From sequence record NC_036595.1: a DNA stretch of 18,222 nucleotides, one strand, 5' to 3'. Below are positions 7,785 to 13,709 of the stretch, one piece after another (positions within the stretch are counted from its first letter, which is position 1; each line of letters starts with the position of its first letter). A model generated the notes under the pieces. The model made no database searches, was not told where the DNA came from, and worked only from the letters and a program-made list of their open reading frames with translations. The position numbers and the translations under genes are program-made.

Positions 7785-8275
7785 TGGCATACGAGGCTGG
7801 GGCCCCCGAGGCCGCGCCCCAAGCCCCCCAGGGCGTGGTTGTTGAGGGGGCTGAGGATGGGGGGCACCCCGAGTGGATAACCCTCGTTTACCGACAGCGA
7901 CACACCTGCTCTGGTAGGAGTGGGGTTAAGGAGTTCAACGTTTTTATCAATGAGCGGACGATGGAGCAAAAGCCAGCCTGGGAACTGCTCCCAGTCCTGG
8001 ACACACAATACGGTAGCCGCTGCAGCGGGGCGGTGGAGAAGCACACATCAATAGAGAAGGTTCTCGAAAAAGCTAATGAGGGTTGGACTATAGTAAAGAA
8101 CGTGCTTTACAAGTGGCATGCTGGACGGCGGATGGTAGAGGTAACATACTACCACATCCCCAGTAGAACGACGCTAGAGCATGAGAGGGATCATGACGTC
8201 GACTACCACGATAAAGTAGTATTGCCGGCTGGGAAGCTGATGAAGGTCTACAAGGAAAGGGTAGAGGTGGTGTGA
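7784..8275 (+). CDS. Hypothetical protein (163 aa)
   Basis: ATG start after promoter copy 3; GTGA-coupled to the next gene. Confidence 0.75.
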   Translation: MAYEAGAPEAAPQAPQGVVVEGAEDGGHPEWITLVYRQRHTCSGRSGVKEFNVFINERTMEQKPAWELLPVLDTQYGSRCSGAVEKHTSIEKVLEKANEGWTIVKNVLYKWHAGRRMVEVTYYHIPSRTTLEHERDHDVDYHDKVVLPAGKLMKVYKERVEVV

Positions 8276-8712
8276 TCGTGGCTAGGGCCTGCGTTGTAAA
8301 CGTGAACAACTGGATGCCCGCTTTTTTAGAGAAGCTTAGGACAGACGGGAGAATAAAGAAGTGGGAGTGGGCGGGCGGCTCGACGATTTGCTTTGAGTTT
8401 GACGGCCATATACAAATAGACGTTACAGATATGCATGATGCGGTGCCAGACTACGTGCTACGCAACAACGCTAACTACGAGACCCTTAAAGCCATATTTA
8501 AGCAGTATGTCGTGCTTAGCATAATAAACACGCTGCGTGGCGGCGTGGTTCACGGCTTCACCGACACATGGATAGAGCTGGAGAGCACCGAGAAAACCGA
8601 GGTAGTCTGTTTTAGAGTAACTAGGCAGGAGAAGGAGAGGCTGGAGAAAGAAGCAGAGGAGAGGGGCGTCAGCCTGAGCGACTACATACGCTCCCGCGTC
8701 CTCACCGATTAA
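8272..8712 (+). CDS. Two-domain protein with a C-terminal ribbon-helix-helix (CopG/MobC-like) DNA-binding domain
   Basis: C-terminal KTEVVCFRVTRQEKERLEKEAEERGVSLSDYIRSRVL fits the RHH pattern (alternating strand, helix A, G-x-S-x-S-x-x-I-R helix B). Confidence 0.8.
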   Translation: MIVARACVVNVNNWMPAFLEKLRTDGRIKKWEWAGGSTICFEFDGHIQIDVTDMHDAVPDYVLRNNANYETLKAIFKQYVVLSIINTLRGGVVHGFTDTWIELESTEKTEVVCFRVTRQEKERLEKEAEERGVSLSDYIRSRVLTD

Positions 8713-8796
8713 TTTAAGTGAAAGTCGGAGAGTAAGCTCAGTCCGCTCCCTCAAGGCACATCCCATGAACAATTTTTAAAGTAAGAAATAAATAGG

Positions 8797-8825
8797 GTTA
8801 TGTGGTCATAAAGTTATGTGGTCAT
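8797..8825. repeat. 13-bp perfect direct repeat GTTATGTGGTCAT x2
   Basis: Copies at 8797-8809 and 8813-8825, next to an AT-rich tract at 8771-8796. Confidence 0.85.
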
Positions 8826-8901
8826 GTGGGCGTGAGAGTATGCTCGGCGAGAACATGCCTCAAACTCCCACTCCCTATACTTCTTCTAACTCAAATAATG
8901 A

Positions 8902-8945
8902 CTCTGTTAACACTTTGTTAACACTGTTAACAATTGTTAACAGAG
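8902..8945. repeat. Four phased palindromic TGTTAACA repeats bounded by an 11-bp inverted repeat; candidate origin or operator array
   Basis: TGTTAACA at 8905, 8916, 8925, 8935; CTCTGTTAACA (8902-8912) is the reverse complement of TGTTAACAGAG (8935-8945). Confidence 0.85.
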
Positions 8946-8956
8946 ATTGTGAGAGA

Positions 8957-9358
8957 ATGGTTAGAGAGAGTAGAGTTGTAGGTTTTAGAGTTAGTAGGGC
9001 GGCGTGGCTGCTTTATAATGAGGCTTTGAGCTACAGCGATAAAGAGGTGCTTAAGTATGTTGTCGAGGGTTTGATACTGGCTCTGGCTAGGGAGAGGATG
9101 GGTGGTCTCCCCTGCGGCGATATTTTGGATAAAAGGCTCTCCGCCTCAGCCATTAGGTTTACTGGCCAGGGCTTTGTTAACTTCAATGTGTCTGTCAACG
9201 TGAACGAGAATAAAAACGAGAATAGGGTGAATGTCGATCTGGCCGCTCTGGCCGAGCTTGTCGACAGGCTGTACCACATTATGAAGAGTAACCCAAGCAC
9301 GCCGCCGCTCCAGCTCAAGCTGGTAGAGGATATACGCAGGCATTTGAAGACGAACTAG
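8957..9358 (+). CDS. Hypothetical protein with a possible N-terminal RHH-like DNA-binding region (start uncertain: 8816, 8855 or 8957)
   Basis: MVRESRVVGFRVSRAAWLLYNE resembles an RHH strand-helix. The upstream in-frame extension is low-complexity and coincides with the repeat array. Confidence 0.6.
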   Translation: MVRESRVVGFRVSRAAWLLYNEALSYSDKEVLKYVVEGLILALARERMGGLPCGDILDKRLSASAIRFTGQGFVNFNVSVNVNENKNENRVNVDLAALAELVDRLYHIMKSNPSTPPLQLKLVEDIRRHLKTN

Positions 9359-9360
9359 CG

Positions 9361-9400
9361 AAAGGTTTATTAGGACTGGGGGCCTATATGGATATATGGC
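9361..9400 (+). promoter_or_regulatory. BRE/TATA promoter sharing the core of the repeated promoter
   Basis: AAAGGTTTATTA is identical to 7723-7734; ATGGC lies 30 nt after the TTTATTA start, as RTGGC does in copies 1-3. Confidence 0.65.
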
Positions 9401-9654
9401 TCTGTGAGCGTGGGAGCATGGGCAGGATTCCCGTGAGGCCTGTACTCGAGGAGTCTTTTTGGAAGTGGGCTAAGAAAAAAGCCATCGACATAGATGCGGA
9501 CGCAAGCGACATAGTGGAGCTAGGTCTAGCCATGGTTTATGTGGTGACTGAGAGGCTTAGGCGGGTGCCGCCTGAGCTCGGCAGAGAGTTGAGGACGTTG
9601 GACCCGAAGTACGCGGAGCTCGTTAGCAAGCTCATAACAGAGGCCAGGGGGTGA
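9388..9654 (+). CDS. Probable ribbon-helix-helix DNA-binding protein (possible start 9418)
   Basis: RIPVRPVLEESFWKWAKKKAIDIDADASDIVELGL fits an RHH strand-helix-helix. Confidence 0.6.
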   Translation: MDIWLCERGSMGRIPVRPVLEESFWKWAKKKAIDIDADASDIVELGLAMVYVVTERLRRVPPELGRELRTLDPKYAELVSKLITEARG

Positions 9655-9995
9655 TTAGGGTGGCCGGTGCTAGGATGGTTGCAGACGCCATAGTGCTCCT
9701 AGACCACTATATAGAGGTTCTTCTAGAGATTGAGAAGAGGCTCTGCCCAGGGACGGACGCCTGCTTCTCCCGCTACTCATCCATCCTTGCTATGGATAGA
9801 GAGAAGCGGACTGAGGCCGCCGAGAAAATTAGAGAGGCTAGAAACATCCTAGAAGAGGCCAAGCTAGCCCTGGCGAGGGAGCTCAAGCGCGAGGTTCTAA
9901 GAGAGCTGGCCGAGGAGAGGGCCCAGCAGTTAGTAGAGGCCGAGAGGCAGAGGCTGGACGGCGACGGGAAGCTTAAGCTAGCAGTAGAGGGGTGA
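9651..9995 (+). CDS. Helical/coiled-coil hypothetical protein
   Basis: E/K/R/L/A-rich heptads; GTGA-coupled. Confidence 0.7.
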   Translation: MIRVAGARMVADAIVLLDHYIEVLLEIEKRLCPGTDACFSRYSSILAMDREKRTEAAEKIREARNILEEAKLALARELKREVLRELAEERAQQLVEAERQRLDGDGKLKLAVEG

Positions 9996-10002
9996 GGTAG
10001 CG

Positions 10003-10347
10003 ATGTGTAGGCCTAGGGTTGATCTCGACGAGTTCACGCTCGACAGCATGCGCGGCATGACGGTGCTTCTCGACAGGTCGAAGACTAAGGCCATTGTCCA
10101 CGAGTCGGATGTGTACGACCATGTGAACGAGAAGGGATACGAGATGAGGTCGAGGTTTAAGATGCGGGTTGTTGATGGAAGACGGCTGATATGCCTCGAC
10201 GACGACAGGACGTGCTTCGACATGGCAACTCTCGACAAGTTCTGCGTCAACTGGCTTGAAGTCTACACAAAGCCAGAGCAGCCGCTGCTTGCTAGGATAG
10301 TGGGCACGGACTGGTTCCTGATGCTGGCACCCGAGATCATGTCATAG
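10003..10347 (+). CDS. Hypothetical protein, possibly a single PCNA/sliding-clamp-like domain
   Basis: C-terminus FDMATLDKF..LEVYTKPEQPLLARIVGTDWFLMLAPE resembles the PCNA C-terminal pattern (Y/F-x-L-x-Y-L...V-x-L...D-x-P-L-x-L...F-x-L-A-P). Confidence 0.45.
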   Translation: MCRPRVDLDEFTLDSMRGMTVLLDRSKTKAIVHESDVYDHVNEKGYEMRSRFKMRVVDGRRLICLDDDRTCFDMATLDKFCVNWLEVYTKPEQPLLARIVGTDWFLMLAPEIMS

Positions 10348-10354
10348 GTGGTGG

Positions 10355-10780
10355 GTGGTGAGGCGCGGGATAAGCCCAGTAATAGCGACCGTAATAATAG
10401 TCGCCGTTACTATTGCGGTCAGCCTGGCGGTTGCTGTATGGCTCTTTAACCTATTTGACGTGTTCAGTGAGTACTCGGTCGTCAAGATCACCACTGCATA
10501 TTTCGTGTCAACCACGGACGAGAACGGTAACACGAGATGGCACCTGATATTGATGGTCAAGAATGAGGGCAGCCAGGCGGAGACGTTGACATCGGTCCGC
10601 GTGAAAGGCGTGGTTATAGACGTGCCGGACACCGCAGAGGTGCTCCAGCCAGGCGAAACGAAATTGATACAGATACCGATGCCAGATGGCCTCACGTTCC
10701 AGCCCGGGGAGCGGGTGGCGATAGAGCTGTACACAGCCTCAGGCCTGGTGGTGCCGTTCGTCGCCGAGGTGAGGGGGTGA
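10355..10780 (+). CDS. Archaeal type IV pilin with class III signal peptide
   Basis: N-terminus (M/V)RRG|ISPVIATVIIVAVTIAVSLAVAVWL is a canonical PibD-processed pilin/archaellin N-terminal helix, followed by a beta-sandwich-like domain (..LQPGETK..FQPGERV.I.L.TASG). Confidence 0.88.
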   Translation: MVRRGISPVIATVIIVAVTIAVSLAVAVWLFNLFDVFSEYSVVKITTAYFVSTTDENGNTRWHLILMVKNEGSQAETLTSVRVKGVVIDVPDTAEVLQPGETKLIQIPMPDGLTFQPGERVAIELYTASGLVVPFVAEVRG

Positions 10781-11352
10781 CCGTGTTGGGCCTCGACGCG
10801 CGGGACCTCAAACAGAGGTACAAAAACAAATGGTCTAGGTCGAATGCTAGGGAGCAGTTCGTGCTCGCCGCCTTGCAGGCGTATCTGCCGCCTGGCTTCG
10901 AGGCCCGCTTGACGGGGCTCGGCGCTGGCTCAAGCGAGTACATCGAACACAACTACAAGAGCCTAGAGGAAGCCTTCGACATAACAGTGTATTATATGGA
11001 TAGGCCTGTGGCGTTCCTCGACGTCACGGGCGTTGTCAGCGTGTTGAACGCTAGGCGGGCGGCCTGCAACGGCAGGTGTGTGGGGAGCTGGAAGCTCAGG
11101 AAGGCGGAGAAGCACCGCGTGCTGGGCAGGGTGTGGTTCGCGTGGGTCAACGACCAGACGGCGTCGATATATTTCCTGCCTGCCGCCTGGCTGGCGCAGC
11201 ACGCCGAGGGCCCCCACGTCTCCAAATGCAGGCTGTACAGCGACGAGAGAATAGTCTACTGCGTCAGGCCGGGCTACTGGAAGAAGCTCTACAACTTCCT
11301 CAGGTGGCTCGCAGCATACGGCCCCGTAGCCGACTACCTAACACCCTTCTAG
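10777..11352 (+). CDS. Putative PD-(D/E)XK-fold nuclease
   Basis: Helix with E (NAREQFV), then FDITVYY..PVAFLDVTG (D...D-x-T variant) and a downstream Lys (SWKL). Confidence 0.5.
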   Translation: MTVLGLDARDLKQRYKNKWSRSNAREQFVLAALQAYLPPGFEARLTGLGAGSSEYIEHNYKSLEEAFDITVYYMDRPVAFLDVTGVVSVLNARRAACNGRCVGSWKLRKAEKHRVLGRVWFAWVNDQTASIYFLPAAWLAQHAEGPHVSKCRLYSDERIVYCVRPGYWKKLYNFLRWLAAYGPVADYLTPF

Positions 11353-11353
11353 G

Positions 11354-11575
11354 GTGGTTATTATGGCCGCGATGGACATCGAGGTTATCTTAACCCCGCC
11401 TAGAGGGCGGGGGATGCTGATATTCTCGTTCAAGGCGCCCCCACAGCTTATCCAGGAGTTCGACAAGGCAGCCCGCGCCGCGGGCGTGACCAGGAGCACC
11501 GCGATACGCCTGCTGATACGCCACGCCCTGGAGAACCCCGAGCTCCTGAAGAAGCTGGCCGAGAGGGGTGAGTAG
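11354..11575 (+). CDS. CopG-family ribbon-helix-helix transcriptional regulator (start may be a downstream ATG)
   Basis: LIFSFKAPPQLIQEFDKAARAAGVTRSTAIRLLIRHAL is a canonical RHH (G-V-T-R-S-x-x-I-R). Confidence 0.85.
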   Translation: MVIMAAMDIEVILTPPRGRGMLIFSFKAPPQLIQEFDKAARAAGVTRSTAIRLLIRHALENPELLKKLAERGE

Positions 11576-11577
11576 CG

Positions 11578-11949
11578 GTGGCCAGGGGGGTTGAGTATCT
11601 CCGTTATATAACGCCTATGACTCTCGACGAAGAAAGCGCCTACCAGTTGCTGTTTGCTAGGGCCATGAACCATTTAAACGGCAGGCGGTTCTTGGGGGTC
11701 AAACGGTTAGTCAGGGCCAAGCGCAGATGCGAGGGCGTGCAGTCCGTAATGGAGCCATACAGGTATTTTAGCCGTTGCGACAGGCAGGCCGAGATAGCTC
11801 TCCTGTTCCAGTACAATTACAAGTACTATGCGGTGTACCTCTGCAGGGAGTGCTATGTGAAGACGGTCGAGGCCGTGAAGAAATACCTACAGGATAGAGT
11901 GTCGAGCATAGCCGAGTCGCTCCTGGAAATGGCGGGCGACGAGGGGTGA
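11578..11949 (+). CDS. Hypothetical protein, putative Zn-binding
   Basis: Four Cys including LCRECY plus upstream RC residues; operon context. Confidence 0.6.
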   Translation: MARGVEYLRYITPMTLDEESAYQLLFARAMNHLNGRRFLGVKRLVRAKRRCEGVQSVMEPYRYFSRCDRQAEIALLFQYNYKYYAVYLCRECYVKTVEAVKKYLQDRVSSIAESLLEMAGDEG

Positions 11950-11958
11950 TTATGGCCC

Positions 11959-12285
11959 GTGCCGGGGGTGGTAATTACGCCGCTAACGGCTAGGGAGTTC
12001 CTGCTAGGGCTACTCTGGCTGGGCCCTAGAACGCCCGAGGAAATCCGGCTCGCAGCCGAGGAGTACAGTAAACATAATGTCGTGCTGTACACGCCCCAGC
12101 GGATAAACAAGGCTATCGAGCACTTCCAGGCCGCAGGCCTGGCCAGGCTTGAGAACGGCAGGCTGGTGCTGGAGAGGGAGAGGCTGCACCCCAGCCTCAG
12201 GCAGGCGGCCAAGGTGCTGGCGCAGGCCATAGACGGGGGTGATGGAGATGGCCGAGGTCGTGATAGCGTACAGCCCCCACACTAG
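11959..12285 (+). CDS. Winged helix-turn-helix DNA-binding protein (PadR/ArsR-like)
   Basis: LLGLLWLGPRTPEEI...TPQRINKAIEHFQAAGLARLENGRLVL matches helix-turn-recognition helix, GL and beta wing. Confidence 0.75.
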   Translation: MPGVVITPLTAREFLLGLLWLGPRTPEEIRLAAEEYSKHNVVLYTPQRINKAIEHFQAAGLARLENGRLVLERERLHPSLRQAAKVLAQAIDGGDGDGRGRDSVQPPH

Positions 12286-12496
12286 GCGTAGGGCCGAGGC
12301 CCTCGCCTGGTTCTTCCAGAGGCTAGGCCTCAGGGTGGTGCTCAGAGAGGATGGCGGTGAGGGGGTCAGCGTCAAGTACGGTGGTGTCTGGTGGCTGGAC
12401 CCAGACGAGGCGATACGCCACATAGTCTCGCGGGGCTGGGGTAATTTCAATCCACGTTTAAAAACATCGGTTAATGGGGGTGGACGTCCTTTATGA
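12239..12496 (+). CDS. Small hypothetical protein, possible Cys-less glutaredoxin-like fold (likely start ATG 12248)
   Basis: beta-alpha-beta pattern (VVIAYSP..AEALAWFFQRLGLRVVLRE..VSVKYGG..DPDEAI); fold call is weak. Confidence 0.55.
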   Translation: MMEMAEVVIAYSPHTRRRAEALAWFFQRLGLRVVLREDGGEGVSVKYGGVWWLDPDEAIRHIVSRGWGNFNPRLKTSVNGGGRPL

Positions 12497-13512
12497 CCCG
12501 GGTTTCCCCAGCACGGGCTGGGGCAGGCGCCGTGGTGTTCTACAGGGTCAAGCGGGTCAAGGGCAGGTACTACCTTGTCAAGGAGTGGTGGGACCCGGGG
12601 TTGAAGAAGAAGATCACCAAGTCGATAGGCCCCTGTGAATGGCTAGAGGGCCTCAGCGAAGAATACAGGGAGAGGACGCGGGGTACTAGGGGCCCCGCCC
12701 CTAGAGTGGTGCCGCGGCCGGGATTTGAACCCGGGTCACGGGCTCGAAAGGCCCGCAGTAGGCGGGGCGCCCAGCCTACCGTTTCCCCAGGCAACGGGTC
12801 CACCGTGGAGCCCTACTACAGGCGGCTATGGGAAACCTGGTGCCTGGAGAGGGGCACAAGCCCCGAGACCTGTGCCAGGTACTCGGGCTACCTGCAAAAG
12901 CCCCTGGACCCAGGCAACCGCTGGAGCGCCAAGGCCTGGAAGCTCTACTACAAGTGGCGGTGCGAGCTGGGGGACCAGACGGCCTGCGAGGACTACAAGA
13001 GGGTGAAGGTGCCGCAGGCCGGGGCGGACAAGCGGGTGCCAAGCCTAGAGGCAATACTAGACAGTATAGAGAGGGCGGGCCCCTACCGCATAGTCTACAT
13101 TATCCTGCTAGAGTCTGGGCTCAGGCTGGTAGAGGCGGTGAAGCTTATCCGCGAGTACGATAGGCTGGAGTGCACCAGGCTGGACGGCTACACCCGCTGC
13201 CTGCTGGGCTACACGCGGGGGAAGAAGAGGGCGCTCTGGGGCTACCATATCACGCCTGTAGAGCCTATGGAAGACCTGACGGACAGAAGGGTGACAAGCT
13301 ACGCAGAGAAGTACAGGCTAACCCCGCCAAAGTACATTCGAAAGTTCGTGGCCACTAAGATGGCCGAGCTAGGCGTTCCCTTCGAGGTTATAGACTTCAT
13401 ACAGGGCAGGACGCCTAGAAGCGTGTTGCTCCAGCACTACGCCCAGCTACTGGGCGTGGCGGACAGGGAATACGCCAAGTATGCTAGGTGGCTCAGGGGG
13501 TGGATGGGGTGA
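12493..13512 (+). CDS. int: SSV-type tyrosine recombinase (integrase), intact form
   Basis: N-terminal YRVKRVKGRYYLVK domain; antisense-tRNA peptide VPRPGFEPGSRARKAR; catalytic motifs ESGLRLVEA (R), KKR, KYIRKF (K-x-x-R), FIQGR and QHYA (Y). Confidence 0.95.
   Translation: MTRVSPARAGAGAVVFYRVKRVKGRYYLVKEWWDPGLKKKITKSIGPCEWLEGLSEEYRERTRGTRGPAPRVVPRPGFEPGSRARKARSRRGAQPTVSPGNGSTVEPYYRRLWETWCLERGTSPETCARYSGYLQKPLDPGNRWSAKAWKLYYKWRCELGDQTACEDYKRVKVPQAGADKRVPSLEAILDSIERAGPYRIVYIILLESGLRLVEAVKLIREYDRLECTRLDGYTRCLLGYTRGKKRALWGYHITPVEPMEDLTDRRVTSYAEKYRLTPPKYIRKFVATKMAELGVPFEVIDFIQGRTPRSVLLQHYAQLLGVADREYAKYARWLRGWMG
12707..12757 (-). other. attP core: 3' half of tRNA-Glu(TTC) including CCA, embedded in the integrase gene (not a complete tRNA)
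   Basis: Reverse complement TGCGGGCCTTTCGAGCCCGTGACCCGGGTTCAAATCCCGGCCGCGGCACCA gives anticodon stem CGGGC/GCCCG, loop CT-TTC-GA, T-arm CCGGG-TTCAAAT-CCCGG, 3' acceptor strand and CCA. No D-arm or 5' acceptor strand is present. Confidence 0.93.
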
Positions 13513-13703
13513 GGCTTGAGGTCCTGGTGCTGCAAAATCCTGACCATAAAACACTGCGTAGGCTGCTCAGGCGGCATAACGGCAGGATACTGGCTGTAGC
13601 CCTTGTCGTCGAGGTCGAGAGCAAAAAACAGGTTTCAGCTCTTGCGAGGCACTATAGGCTTAGGCCTCTCCCCGTCCCCGCCACCCTCTTTATCGAGCAC
13701 TAG
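13509..13703 (+). CDS. Small basic hypothetical protein (64 aa)
   Basis: Start reassigned to GTG 13509 (GTGA overlap with the integrase stop, GGGGG upstream); converges on the ATPase gene. Confidence 0.55.
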   Translation: MRLEVLVLQNPDHKTLRRLLRRHNGRILAVALVVEVESKKQVSALARHYRLRPLPVPATLFIEH

Positions 13704-13709
13704 CGCCTG

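Noticed and set aside
6389-7800. Programmed frameshift joining the leaderless ATG frames to the main ORFs
   Set aside because: Frame offsets are inconsistent among copies (17, 28 and 26 nt to the track starts) and there is no shared slippery heptamer.
12707-12757. Complete functional tRNA-Glu gene
   Set aside because: Only the anticodon arm, T-arm and 3' acceptor strand are present. The upstream sequence cannot supply a D-arm or 5' acceptor strand, so it is an att site.
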